64,000 bases of DNA from Acidimicrobiia bacterium (lineage in GTDB: Bacteria > Actinomycetota > Acidimicrobiia > Spongiisociales > ZC4RG35). Shown here piece after piece: positions 8,005-17,794 of this stretch. Positions within the stretch are counted from its first letter, which is position 1; each line of letters starts with the position of its first letter. The notes under the pieces are model-generated. The model was not told the origin of the DNA and made no database searches. It saw nothing but the letters and a program-made list of their open reading frames with translations. The DNA is taken from positions 9,407 through 73,406 of the forward strand of contig DATEDN010000079.1 of NCBI GenBank assembly GCA_035281645.1, in the 5' to 3' direction. Both the position numbers and the translations under genes were made by a program.

Positions 8005-8914
8005 GACCTGGCTGACCGATCGCTTCGATCTCGACCTTCCCTTGATCTCCGCACCAATGGGCGGCGCCGCCGACGGGCGCTTTGCCTCCGAGGTTTGCCG
8101 CCATGGGGCGCTGGGCATGGTGGCCGCCGGAACCCGGGCCACAGCTGAGCACATCCTCGAGGAAACGGCGGCCTTGGCAGCAAGCCAGGATGCCTGGGGA
8201 GTGGGTTTGCTCGCCTGGGTTGCGGAGCGAAAGCCCGAGCTCATGGAGGTCGTGGAAACGTTGGCACCTCCCCTCGTCTCGGTCAGCTACGGCAATTACG
8301 AGAGGTATGTGACAAGGTTGCAGGAGGCCGGATCCACGGTCACTACCCAGGTCAATTCGTTGGCAGAGGCCATGGCGGCCGCAGCTGCAGGGGTGGACTT
8401 TCTCGTTGCCCGAGGCGGCGAGGGGGGTGGCCACGGCCGGAACGAAATGGCCACGCTCCCGCTCCTGCAGGAGCTGCTGGAGAACGTCGAACTGCCCGTG
8501 GTGGCAGCGGGAGGAATCGCCACCGGGCGAGGACTAGCGGCCGTGCTGGCGGCGGGTGCCGCCGGTGCCTGGGTGGGCTCGGCCTTCCTCGGCTGCGACG
8601 AGACGGCCTGGCCCGATCAGTCGAAGAAGCGAGTGGTTTCAGCCGGTGACGGCGACACCATTTACACGACGTCCTTTGATGTCGGGCTTGGCCTCGACTG
8701 GCCGGTCGGATACGGAGGCCGCGCCTTGGCTAACGATTATTCCGACCGGTGGCATGGCCGCGAAGCGCAGCTGGCCGGATCCGACTCGCCTCCGGTTGGC
8801 GAAGACGCTCCGATTTGGGCCGGGCAGGCGGTTTCCCTGGTGACGCGCCTGCAAACCGTTGCCGAGGTGATCGCCGATTTCCGAACCGCTGAAGACCTCC
8901 TGCGACGCTGGTGA
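7997..8914 (+). CDS. nitronate monooxygenase (NMO / 2-nitropropane dioxygenase family)
   Basis: LPLISAPMGG, ARGGEGGGHG and VVAAGGIATG motifs. 8-nt overlap with the upstream gene. Confidence 0.8.
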   Translation: MLRTWLTDRFDLDLPLISAPMGGAADGRFASEVCRHGALGMVAAGTRATAEHILEETAALAASQDAWGVGLLAWVAERKPELMEVVETLAPPLVSVSYGNYERYVTRLQEAGSTVTTQVNSLAEAMAAAAAGVDFLVARGGEGGGHGRNEMATLPLLQELLENVELPVVAAGGIATGRGLAAVLAAGAAGAWVGSAFLGCDETAWPDQSKKRVVSAGDGDTIYTTSFDVGLGLDWPVGYGGRALANDYSDRWHGREAQLAGSDSPPVGEDAPIWAGQAVSLVTRLQTVAEVIADFRTAEDLLRRW

Positions 8915-10087
8915 TCAAATGATCCGGCTCGGGTTTTCGTAGAGCGGTTTCTGTTCGAGGATTCGCAGAGGTCCGAGTCGGGACAGGTCGAGTGTGGTCC
9001 TCCGGCCGAGAATCAACTCCGCCAAATGGCGCCCCACCGCGTGGCAATGCTGAAACCCGTGACCCGAGAACCCGTTGGCCAAGAACATGCCGGGCAAGTC
9101 CGGCCACTCGCCAATGATCCCGTTGCCGTCGAGAGTGTTGACCTCGTAGAGGCCGGTCCAGCCGGAGGCGAGATGCAAGGCTTCGAAGGCCGGCAACTGG
9201 GTGGCGAGCTCGGGCCACACTATCTCGTCGAATCTCTGCCTATTGAACGTGAAGTCCTCGCCCACGGGATCGTCAGGGAGGGACCAACCAACTGCAAAAC
9301 GTCCCTCCCCCTCAGGGAGGACGTAGAGGCCGCTGGGGAGAAAAACACTGGGATGGCCTCGATGATCGAGATGGGTATCGATTACATAAACAGTCCTCAT
9401 CACCGGTTTGACCGGAAGGTCGACACCCGCCGTCGCCGCCAGCGGAGCGCACCAGGCGCCGGTGGCGTTGACCACTTTCTCGGTCTGGATGAGATCGCCC
9501 GTTGCCAATGCAACCCCGGCAATTCGGCCACCTTCGACCTTGATGGCGGTGGCTTGCCCGGTGATGAACTGCACACCCAGCGCCCGCGCCCGGCGCAGGT
9601 AACCCTGAAGCACGGCGTTGGGGTCGAGCGAGCCGTCGCGGGCGCCATAGGTACCGCCTAGGTAGCCGGCGCCGGCATAGACGGGAAAACGGTTCCGAAT
9701 CTCAACGGCCTCGAGCCATTCCACCTCACACCCGAAGCTCCGTTGTCTGGTGAGGCCAGCTTGCGCTTGATCGACGCTCGATTCGTCGGTCAGGAAGAGG
9801 TTGCCCTGATATCGAGGAGAAGGCTCAGGCTTCCAATCCCCAACCGCCATCCGCTCGGAGAAGCCCTCAATCGCCTCCAGCGCGAACTGAGACATTTGAA
9901 TGTTTTCCTCCAGGTTGAACTGCACCCGGACATTCCCATCAGAAAGGACGGTGGAGGAGAACCGGTAGGTGGGATCCCTCTCGATCACCATGATCTCGAC
10001 GTTCGGGTCGAGGTTCTTCAAGTAGTAGGCCGTCGCCGAACCCATCGCCGCACCGCCGACGATGACCACATCGGGGTTTGCGATCAA
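8915..10087 (-). CDS. FAD-dependent oxidoreductase (DAO family)
   Basis: N-terminal dinucleotide-binding motif VVIVGGAAMGSATAYYL and DAO-family length (390 aa). 4-nt overlap with the upstream ABC-2 permease. Confidence 0.8.
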   Translation of the reverse strand: MIANPDVVIVGGAAMGSATAYYLKNLDPNVEIMVIERDPTYRFSSTVLSDGNVRVQFNLEENIQMSQFALEAIEGFSERMAVGDWKPEPSPRYQGNLFLTDESSVDQAQAGLTRQRSFGCEVEWLEAVEIRNRFPVYAGAGYLGGTYGARDGSLDPNAVLQGYLRRARALGVQFITGQATAIKVEGGRIAGVALATGDLIQTEKVVNATGAWCAPLAATAGVDLPVKPVMRTVYVIDTHLDHRGHPSVFLPSGLYVLPEGEGRFAVGWSLPDDPVGEDFTFNRQRFDEIVWPELATQLPAFEALHLASGWTGLYEVNTLDGNGIIGEWPDLPGMFLANGFSGHGFQHCHAVGRHLAELILGRRTTLDLSRLGPLRILEQKPLYENPSRII

Positions 10088-11652
10088 ACAGTCGCCTTCT
10101 CGAGCGCCCGCGCCTCACGGCGGCTCGGTCGGGCGGCCCGAACCGAACGACGCATCAAACCAAGGGCCAGCAACGCCAGTACCAGGGCCAGGACCACCCC
10201 CCCACCGATTAGCTCCCAACTGGGTGCTCTCCCCCAAAACGACACCTCCTGCAGCGCACGGATCCCATAAGTAGCTGGGAGCAGGTATGAGACCGGTCGC
10301 ACCGAGGGCAGCAGTCGGTCGATGGAGATGAAGAAGCCGCAGAAGAAGATAGAGACGAGCAAGGTGATCATCGCGTACTGAACCGCCTGGCTTTCTGTCT
10401 TGGCGAGAGCGGAGAGAACGAAGCCTATTCCCTGCGCGGCCAGCACTACCAACAACACCGCGAGGCCATACCAGAGCCACGACCCGATCGGGCGGAAATC
10501 GAATGCGAAAACTGCAGCGGCGGTGAGAGCCGCTCCGACCAGCAGCCCGACGACGACGTTGGCCAGGTACTTGCCGGCAAGCATTTCACCACCCGACAAG
10601 GGAGAGACTCGGAACAACTCGACGGCTCCCTGTGATCTCTCTTTGACCAGAGATAGAGCGGCGAAAGTCAAGGTCAGATGCTGGACCAACAACGAGACAA
10701 CGCCTGGTATGTAGAAATGCATGTCAACCACATCAAGGTTCCGGTAGTTGACAGCCTCGCCCCGGAAGGGGCTCACGAGCACAGCAGGATCCAGGGACCG
10801 GAAGTCCTCGATGGTGGCTTCCATCTCGTCGAGTTCAGCCGACAGAGCCTCAAGCTCCGCTACCCGTTCTTCTCCGGTCGACCCTTCCAGAGCTTTCACC
10901 CGTGAGATCGCGGCGTCGAGTGCTCCTTCGCTCTCCTCACCGCCCGTCGTTTGTTCATTGACCCGATTGAGAACCGAACTCGATGGTCCCAGCTCCGCGG
11001 ACAAATTCGTGAGAGCAGCTTCCAGGTCGCTACGGCCCTTCTCGAAGGCGTCGTCGTCTTCGCTCCGGGCGGCCTGCTCCATGACCTCGACCGCGGCTCT
11101 CGCTTCGGGCAAGGGTTGTTCCACCTGCTCGGCCTCTTCTTGACCCATCACCACCAGGTCCTGAAGCACCTCTCGGTTTACCTGATTGATCGCCCCCACC
11201 GCGAAGAGTTCCACCACTCCCGCCTCAAACGGGTCGATTTGGTCGTGAAGGATCGTGATGACCGCTTGCTCCCCGGAGCGAACCGTTTCCACGGCGTCTT
11301 CGGGAATCACCACTGCGATATTGGCTTGCCGGGAGTCGATCATCGCCGTGGCTTCATCGACCGATGGCACGACGCCGACGAGGTCGGCTTGAGCGCCCAG
11401 CGCGGTGGCGAGGTCATCGCTGCGCTCGCTGAGGCCGCTCCCCGGGGGGGCGACGAGAACGGTTTTGAGTACGGGCGGATCGGGGTCGAAACCGATCCCG
11501 AACAGGAAGAGGATCAAGAACGGTCCGATCACGAGGGTCAGGAGCAGCCGCGGCTGTCGCAACACCTCCAGCACGTCCTTCTTGAAGAAGGCGTAGCTGC
11601 GAGTGAACCCACCGGTGATTCCGCGATTGTCAGCCACCGTTGCGCTCGTCAT
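10084..11652 (-). CDS. ABC-2 type transporter permease with a large coiled-coil extracytoplasmic domain (YhgE/Pip-like)
   Basis: Start moved to ATG 11652 (MTSATVADNRG...). The track ORF extends to 11961 through the ATPase gene in another frame. One N-terminal TM segment, an acidic coiled-coil-like insert of about 250 aa, then C-terminal TM helices. Confidence 0.75.
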   Translation of the reverse strand: MTSATVADNRGITGGFTRSYAFFKKDVLEVLRQPRLLLTLVIGPFLILFLFGIGFDPDPPVLKTVLVAPPGSGLSERSDDLATALGAQADLVGVVPSVDEATAMIDSRQANIAVVIPEDAVETVRSGEQAVITILHDQIDPFEAGVVELFAVGAINQVNREVLQDLVVMGQEEAEQVEQPLPEARAAVEVMEQAARSEDDDAFEKGRSDLEAALTNLSAELGPSSSVLNRVNEQTTGGEESEGALDAAISRVKALEGSTGEERVAELEALSAELDEMEATIEDFRSLDPAVLVSPFRGEAVNYRNLDVVDMHFYIPGVVSLLVQHLTLTFAALSLVKERSQGAVELFRVSPLSGGEMLAGKYLANVVVGLLVGAALTAAAVFAFDFRPIGSWLWYGLAVLLVVLAAQGIGFVLSALAKTESQAVQYAMITLLVSIFFCGFFISIDRLLPSVRPVSYLLPATYGIRALQEVSFWGRAPSWELIGGGVVLALVLALLALGLMRRSVRAARPSRREARALEKATV

Positions 11653-12646
11653 CGTTGAGACGGCCGACCAGCTCGACGAAGACGTCGTCGAAGGGCGGCA
11701 AGTAGGGCTCCGCAGTTTCGAGCTCGAGGCCCTTCTCCCGGGCCCAGGCGCCGATGGCGGGTGAGACCTCGCCGGCGTCCTCCACCACCAGCCGGTACTC
11801 CCCATAACGCCTTTGATCCCAGTCCGTCGCCGAGGCCACCCGCACCAGTTCCTCGATTTGAGCTGGGTCGAGCGAGGCTGCGAACTTGAGATCAAGCACC
11901 TCGCCTCCCATCGCCTGGCGGCGAAGCCCGTCCGGGGTGTCGACCGTGAGCAAGCGACCATCGGCGAGAACGCCGACCTGGTCGCAATAGGCGGCCTCGC
12001 CGACGTACTGCGTGGTGATGAAGAGAGTCCTTCCTTGGTCCTTCAGCTCCAGGAAGTGGTCCCAGAACTTGCGACGGAGAACCGGATCGATGCCCGCGGT
12101 GGGTTCGTCGAGGAACAAGAGCTCTGGGTTGTGGATAAGGGTCGCGGCCAATGCCAAGCGTCGCTGCATCCCTCCCGAGGACTCGCGCAGTAGACGATGG
12201 CGATCGTCCCAGAGTTCGACGAACCCCAGCGTCTCCTTGAGGCTTTGGTGTCGCTCCCGCCAGCCCATCCCAAACAGCGAGGCGGCGAAGGAAAGGTTCT
12301 GCCTGATCGAAAGCTCGGGGTAGAGCACGGAGAGTTGTGGCATGTAGCCGAGGTCGGCCCGGTCTCTGCGGTCGAACTCGACCGGCTGTTTTCCGAGTAC
12401 GGTCAATTGCCCGGAGTCGGGTCGCACTACGCCGGTCATCAATCGAATCGTCGTGGTCTTGCCCGAACCGCTCGGACCGATGAACCCGAAGATGGTCCGT
12501 TGCGGTACCTCGAGATCGAGATCGAATACCCCGACCCCTTCTTCGAACTCCTTCGTGAGACGCTGGGTGGCAATGGCGAGCTCGGGCTCGGCCTTTGCTT
12601 CCTCGAGCAATTCCGGCTCAGGCTCGGTTTGGGGAAGCTCGTCCAC
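11630..12646 (-). CDS. ABC transporter ATP-binding protein (ABC-2/DrrA-like)
   Basis: Walker A GPSGSGKTT, signature SGGMQRRLALA and Walker B LLFLDEPTAGID. Confidence 0.85.
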   Translation of the reverse strand: MDELPQTEPEPELLEEAKAEPELAIATQRLTKEFEEGVGVFDLDLEVPQRTIFGFIGPSGSGKTTTIRLMTGVVRPDSGQLTVLGKQPVEFDRRDRADLGYMPQLSVLYPELSIRQNLSFAASLFGMGWRERHQSLKETLGFVELWDDRHRLLRESSGGMQRRLALAATLIHNPELLFLDEPTAGIDPVLRRKFWDHFLELKDQGRTLFITTQYVGEAAYCDQVGVLADGRLLTVDTPDGLRRQAMGGEVLDLKFAASLDPAQIEELVRVASATDWDQRRYGEYRLVVEDAGEVSPAIGAWAREKGLELETAEPYLPPFDDVFVELVGRLNDDERNGG

Positions 12647-12693
12647 GGGAACAATTGCGTCGGTACTCTCGCTGACCAGATCAACCTCTCTTT

Positions 12694-13833
12694 ATGACCG
12701 AACCCCAGATACCCGATCGCGTCCGCCCCGAAACAGAGAGGGTCGAGACCGACCGATCGTGGGAGCAGCTGTGGCCGCCGCTCTCCTACTGGTCACGAGC
12801 GGCACTCGTCGTGCTGGGGGTGGTGATCGCGGTTCGGATCCTGGCGGCGCTGCAGAACATCTTGCTGATTGTTCTCGCTGCTTTTGTGGTCTCTCTGGGT
12901 CTGCAACCGGCCATCCGCTGGCTGGAGAGCAAGGGCCTTCGACGGGGCACCGCCATGGCCGTGCTCATACTCGCCGGGCTGCTCGTCATGGCAGGAGCGG
13001 CATTGGCCGTGGTGCCGGTCATTGTCGACCAGGCCGCCCAGGCGCTCGATCGCCTTCCGGAGATTTGGGCAGACCTGCGCCAACGGAGCGGACTAGTCGG
13101 CGATCTCGCCAACCGCGTTGACCTGGGAAGCGGCCTCCCTGTCGATTTTGATCCGGTCGCCTTCGTCGGCCCGGTCCTACTGACGCTTTTCAACGTCATC
13201 ACGATGTTGTTGCTGACGCCTTACTTCGCGGTCAGCTTTCCGAGCCTGAAGCTGGCAGTGTTTCGGCTGGTCGCCCGCGACCACCGGGAGGACTACGTGT
13301 ACATGGTCAACCGCGCCGTGGACCTCACCGCCAATTACATCATCGGCAACCTCATCATCAGCGTGGCGGCGGGTGTCGCCGCTTTCATTGTCTTTTCTGC
13401 GATTGGCCTGCCATACGCCGTGGCCCTGGCCACCTGGGTGGGGCTGATGGACCTGATCCCTGCCATCGGGGCGTTGATCGGGATGATCCCGGCATTGCTT
13501 GTTGCCTCGCAGGTGGGAATGCGCGAGGTCGTGTTCGCGATCATCTTCTTCGTGCTCTATCAACAGTTCGAGAATTACGTCATTGCCCCGAGGGTCATGC
13601 GCAAGGCGGTCAATCTCAACCCCGCACTGGTGGTGATCGCTTTGCTGGTCGGAGGCAGCCTCGCCGGTCTGGTGGGAGCTCTGCTGGCCCTGCCGGTGGC
13701 GGCGTTAACCAAAGTGCTCGTGACCGAGTTTTTGGTCGAAGGGAGGCTGCAAACCGTGCGCGAGGATGCTCCCGAACAAAACATCGCTCGACGCCGTCTG
13801 CGTGGCTTCCGCGGCAGCCGTCCCCTCCCTTGA
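12694..13833 (+). CDS. AI-2E family transporter (PerM/YhhT-like membrane protein)
   Basis: Multi-TM 379-aa ORF with family-typical LMDLIPAIGALIG and FFVLYQQFENYVIAPRVM. Confidence 0.85.
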   Translation: MTEPQIPDRVRPETERVETDRSWEQLWPPLSYWSRAALVVLGVVIAVRILAALQNILLIVLAAFVVSLGLQPAIRWLESKGLRRGTAMAVLILAGLLVMAGAALAVVPVIVDQAAQALDRLPEIWADLRQRSGLVGDLANRVDLGSGLPVDFDPVAFVGPVLLTLFNVITMLLLTPYFAVSFPSLKLAVFRLVARDHREDYVYMVNRAVDLTANYIIGNLIISVAAGVAAFIVFSAIGLPYAVALATWVGLMDLIPAIGALIGMIPALLVASQVGMREVVFAIIFFVLYQQFENYVIAPRVMRKAVNLNPALVVIALLVGGSLAGLVGALLALPVAALTKVLVTEFLVEGRLQTVREDAPEQNIARRRLRGFRGSRPLP

Positions 13834-13881
13834 TTCTTGCGTAACTTGGCGCCCTTTTTCCCGGGTTTTACGCAAGAACGG
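13831..13881. repeat. conserved inverted-repeat element, copy 2 (inverted relative to copy 1); probable bidirectional terminator
   Basis: 11-bp arms TTCTTGCGTAA (13834-13844) / TTACGCAAGAA (13868-13878) separated by 23 nt. The reverse complement matches copy 1 at 16/16 nt (CCGTTCTTGCGTAAAA) and 14/16 nt in the flanks. It lies between convergent stops, 13831-13833 (+) and 13868-13870 (-). Confidence 0.8.
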
Positions 13882-14101
13882 AGTCGGTGCGGGTGTCGCG
13901 CCGGACCGTGATCCAGCGACGGCATCCATACTCGTGGAACCACCGCTCGACGACCTCACCTTCGCGGTTGGTGCGGAAGAACCCGCGGTCCAAGTCGATC
14001 GCCTCGGGATCGGTCATCGTCTCGGGGACGGTCGGGATCTCGGCATAGCGGAATTCCTCCACCGAGCGCAGCCCACAGTGAGGACAAGTCAGGAACAACA
14101 T
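13868..14101 (-). CDS. soxD: sarcosine oxidase delta subunit
   Basis: 77 aa. MLFLTCPHCG...WFHEYGCRRW matches the SoxD Cys3-His zinc pattern and size. Confidence 0.85.
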   Translation of the reverse strand: MLFLTCPHCGLRSVEEFRYAEIPTVPETMTDPEAIDLDRGFFRTNREGEVVERWFHEYGCRRWITVRRDTRTDSVLA

Positions 14102-15313
14102 CTACTGGGTTCCCGCCGATCCGCGATCGGACAGCGTCCGATCATTGAGGAAGCGGTCTACGCCAAAGGGGGCGATCAGACTTGGCACCTCACCCGTGGC
14201 GATCAATGCCGCCATCGCCTCCCCCCCGGCCGGGATGGCCTTGAACCCCCAGGTCCCCCAGCCGGTCGTCACCAGTAGCCCTTCCACGGCCGTTCGTCCC
14301 ATGACAGGGGAGTAGTCGGGGGACATGTCGCAAACCCCGGTCCATTGTCGTAGGACCCTCAAATCGGCCAAGAACGGAAGCAGGGCCAGCGCCCGCCCGG
14401 CACACGAGGAGAGGAATCCGTAGCTGGATCGATACGAGTAGGAGGGCTGCCGATCGATCTCGGCTCCGATCAGGATCTCACCACGGGCCGTCTGGCTTGC
14501 GTAGAACAACAACTCCGTCGAGGCGACGATGGCCTCAAGGCCCTGCTGATAGTGGTTGGTTACGAACGCCTGCAAGGGGTGGGTGCGAATCGGAAGGCGA
14601 AGACCGGCCATGGCGGCGATGGTGCTTACCTGTCCACCCAGAGCGAGCAGTACGGTCCCCGCCCTGACGAGCCCGCGATCGGTCTCGACGCCGATGATCC
14701 GTCCGGCGTCGACCTGAAGCCCGATCACCCGGGTTCGCTGATGGACCTCAACCCCTTCCCTCATCGCACCCTCGGCCAGCGACCACACCACGCGATCGTG
14801 CCGGGCGGTGGCCCCTCGGGGGTGATAGGAGGCTCCCAGCACCGGGTAGCGGCCACCACCGGATAAGTCGATCTGGGGACAAATCGAGCGGATCTCCTCC
14901 GGGCCGACGAAGATCGTCTCAGAACCGTACGCTTGGTTGAGGGCGGCGCGGGCTCTTTCGGCCCGCAGGCCCATCTCGGTGTGGGCGATCCAAAGGAGCC
15001 CCTTCTCCTTGTGCATGATCCAGCGCCCGGTTTCGTCTTCAAGGTGCTGGTAAAGCTCGAGGGAGTGCTGATAGAAGCGCACCGCTTCGGGCACGCCGTA
15101 GTTGGCGCGGATGACAGTGGTGTTGCGACCCGAGTTGCCCGAACCGATGTAGCCCCGCTCTAGTACGGCAACGTTGGTGATGCCATGGCGCGTCGCCAGG
15201 TAGTACGCCGTCGCCAACCCATGTCCGCCCCCGCCGATGATTACCACGTCGTAGGAGTGCCGAAGCTCGTCCGGCCACCGCAATCGCACTTTTGACTCGA
15301 TGAACTCGTTCAT
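14102..15313 (-). CDS. soxB: sarcosine oxidase beta subunit
   Basis: 403 aa. YDVVIIGGGGHGLATAYYLA FAD motif and GSGNSGRNTTVIRANY, typical of SoxB. Confidence 0.9.
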   Translation of the reverse strand: MNEFIESKVRLRWPDELRHSYDVVIIGGGGHGLATAYYLATRHGITNVAVLERGYIGSGNSGRNTTVIRANYGVPEAVRFYQHSLELYQHLEDETGRWIMHKEKGLLWIAHTEMGLRAERARAALNQAYGSETIFVGPEEIRSICPQIDLSGGGRYPVLGASYHPRGATARHDRVVWSLAEGAMREGVEVHQRTRVIGLQVDAGRIIGVETDRGLVRAGTVLLALGGQVSTIAAMAGLRLPIRTHPLQAFVTNHYQQGLEAIVASTELLFYASQTARGEILIGAEIDRQPSYSYRSSYGFLSSCAGRALALLPFLADLRVLRQWTGVCDMSPDYSPVMGRTAVEGLLVTTGWGTWGFKAIPAGGEAMAALIATGEVPSLIAPFGVDRFLNDRTLSDRGSAGTQ

Positions 15314-15675
15314 TGGCCCAGGCGCTCCTCGAGTTCGTGCCCGAAAGGTGCGGCGATGATGAAAATGCCCTGGTTGCCGTCGAGATAGACCTTGACCGGC
15401 AGGCCGGCAACCATGCCCTGCACGAGGACCGGCCGATCGGGGGACACCTCAAACGAAGCATGGGATGCGATCAGGTCCAAGGCCCGTTGCTCGGCCATTG
15501 GGAGCGACACCCAGCCCATGTCCCGCTCGACGATGGCGTGAGGATCGTGGACTGCCACCTCAGCGTCTCCCAGGACCAGGGCATCGTCGGGAGCGAAACG
15601 AAGACTCATGCCCTCCAGCTCGTCGAGCGAAGCCGGATCCGCCACGACCCGCCAACCGATGAGTCGTTCAACCAC
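15310..15675 (-). CDS. soxG: sarcosine oxidase gamma subunit-like protein
   Basis: 121-aa ORF coupled by overlap to soxA (8 nt) and soxB (ATGA). The call rests on position and size; sequence recognition is weak. Confidence 0.55.
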   Translation of the reverse strand: MVERLIGWRVVADPASLDELEGMSLRFAPDDALVLGDAEVAVHDPHAIVERDMGWVSLPMAEQRALDLIASHASFEVSPDRPVLVQGMVAGLPVKVYLDGNQGIFIIAAPFGHELEERLGQ

Positions 15676-17794
15676 GTGCGCGTTCTCCCGAGGGGTCGTA
15701 AAAGGGATGTGCAGCGTGACGGGCCAGCCGGCCGTCGATCTGCACCACCTCAGGAAAGCGATCGTTCTCTAGTCGGACCCATCCCAACATCACGGTTTTG
15801 CCGAGCGCCGGGGAAAAGCGCGCCGAGCTCACCTGTCCCACGGGGGCATCGCCCTTCATAAGCATCGAGCCCTCGATCGGCGCCGGACCCTCCATCTCCC
15901 AGCCGACCAGACGCTTGTTGAGCGGAATGGTGTTGGTTCGGATTAACGCTTGCCTCCCAACAAAGTCCGCCTTGTCGAGGCGGGCAGCCCACTCCAGGCC
16001 CAGGCGGCGAGGAGTCGAGTCGTACTCTGAATCCATGCCGACGATGAAATGTCCCTTCTCGAGTCGCAAGGTGAAGAGGACATCGAGGCCATGCGGATAT
16101 AGGTCGAGATCTGACCCGGCTGCTTCCAGCGCACGCCACAACTCAACCGAACGATCGACCGGATGGTGCAGTTCGAAGGAAACCTCGCCCGTGAATGACA
16201 GTCGTACGATCCGGCAAGGCACGCTCGCCACCTCGGCCTCGACGTGGGCCAGGTAGCCGGGGGGATCGCTGACACCGAGGCGATTGAGGAGCTCTTTGGC
16301 TCGCGGGCCGGTGACGTTGATCGCCCCGAGCGACATGGTTCGATCGAGAATGCGGACATCGAGACCAAAGGTCTCCGCCCAATCCCGCACCCACATCTCG
16401 GCAAAGGAAGCTCCCCCGGAAGTGAAGGTCAGGAAGAACCGAGACTCGCTGAGCCGGCAGATGAGGCCGTCATCGATGACATACCCGCGTTCATCGAGCA
16501 GCAGCGCATAACGCACTCGGCCCGGCTTGAGATCTCCCACCCGGCACGGGTAGATGCGCTCCAGCAGTTCTGTCGCACCGGGCCCACCGACCAGCATCTT
16601 GCCCAAGGTTCCGACGTCGCCGAGGGAGACCGCCCCCCGAACGGCTCGGTATTCGGCGCCAACATCGGGATACCGCCAGGGTCTCCACCATCCTCCGAAT
16701 CGATCCATGGTGGCTCCCCAGCGGAGGTGCTCTTCGTGAAGAGAGGTGCGTCGAAAAGGGGGCAGGTCGAAACCGGCAGCCGCCTCGGACATCGTCAGCT
16801 GCCGGGTCACCGGCCGGGCCGTAAAAGGTGATGGAGGCTGCGATTGGCGAGCGGCGAGGAACGAGCGCAGATGGGGCAGACAGACTCCCCCCTGGCAGGT
16901 TCCAGTCCCGGCGAGGGTCGCCCGCTTGACCAGTTCCATCTCTCGAAAGCCCCTCTCCCAGACCGATTCGAGATCGGAGACTTCCACTTGCGAGCAGGGG
17001 CAGATGGTTCCGGTCGAGGGAGACGGCGGCAATTGATCAGCTATGGCCGCGTCTCCCACGGTCTCTATCTCGAGGCCGTCACCCATGCGGGCCAGAGCGT
17101 CACGGGGGTGGAGTCCCAGATCCACGACCGCCGAGTCGCACTCCAGACGCGACCCGTCTTCCAGCACGACAGCTGCTACACGTCGGTCCCCCTCGAAGTA
17201 ACGCGGATGCTGGGTGAGTAAGACCGTCCTTCCAAGGTCGACTCCAGCCGAGGACAGTTTCTCGGCGGCCCGCTTTGTAAAGATCCCGGCAAGGTCTGAT
17301 CCGGGGCAAATCGGTTGTTCCTCGGCGGCGCCAGTTGCCACGATCACCTTGCGGCATCGGGCGTGGACCATCCCCTCCTGGGTCCTCACGACCACCATTG
17401 GTCCGGCGTAGATCCCGATCACCTCTTCTCCCCTGCCCGCATCAAAGGAGATGACTTCGCCCGAGGCCCCCGTCGCCGCCCGACGACCAGCTTCCCCCTG
17501 ACCAACAATCACGACGTCGGCAAAAACAGTACGGGCGTCGACTGCCCCTCCCTCGAGCGACTCCGGGAGGGGAGGATCGCCGGCTTGAGACTCCACCACC
17601 ATGGCGCTTTCGGCGATGGTTTGACAGCTACGGAGGTAGGCCACTCCGTTTACCTTGACCAAACAGTGGGGGCAATCGCCGCCGAGGCAGAGGCAGCCGC
17701 CTCCGGTAGGGTGAATTCCCGCCCGCAGCAGGGCGACGGCGAGCGAATCACCCGCCCGGAAAGAAACCTCTCGGCCGTCGAATGTAAAGCTCAA
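15668..17794 (-). CDS. soxA: sarcosine oxidase alpha subunit-like protein (short form)
   Basis: 708 aa. N-terminal Cys-rich 2Fe-2S-like domain (CLCLGGDCPHCLVKVNG...RSC), a nucleotide-binding middle region, and a C-terminal aminomethyltransferase (GcvT) folate-binding domain. Confidence 0.75.
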   Translation of the reverse strand: MSFTFDGREVSFRAGDSLAVALLRAGIHPTGGGCLCLGGDCPHCLVKVNGVAYLRSCQTIAESAMVVESQAGDPPLPESLEGGAVDARTVFADVVIVGQGEAGRRAATGASGEVISFDAGRGEEVIGIYAGPMVVVRTQEGMVHARCRKVIVATGAAEEQPICPGSDLAGIFTKRAAEKLSSAGVDLGRTVLLTQHPRYFEGDRRVAAVVLEDGSRLECDSAVVDLGLHPRDALARMGDGLEIETVGDAAIADQLPPSPSTGTICPCSQVEVSDLESVWERGFREMELVKRATLAGTGTCQGGVCLPHLRSFLAARQSQPPSPFTARPVTRQLTMSEAAAGFDLPPFRRTSLHEEHLRWGATMDRFGGWWRPWRYPDVGAEYRAVRGAVSLGDVGTLGKMLVGGPGATELLERIYPCRVGDLKPGRVRYALLLDERGYVIDDGLICRLSESRFFLTFTSGGASFAEMWVRDWAETFGLDVRILDRTMSLGAINVTGPRAKELLNRLGVSDPPGYLAHVEAEVASVPCRIVRLSFTGEVSFELHHPVDRSVELWRALEAAGSDLDLYPHGLDVLFTLRLEKGHFIVGMDSEYDSTPRRLGLEWAARLDKADFVGRQALIRTNTIPLNKRLVGWEMEGPAPIEGSMLMKGDAPVGQVSSARFSPALGKTVMLGWVRLENDRFPEVVQIDGRLARHAAHPFYDPSGERARG

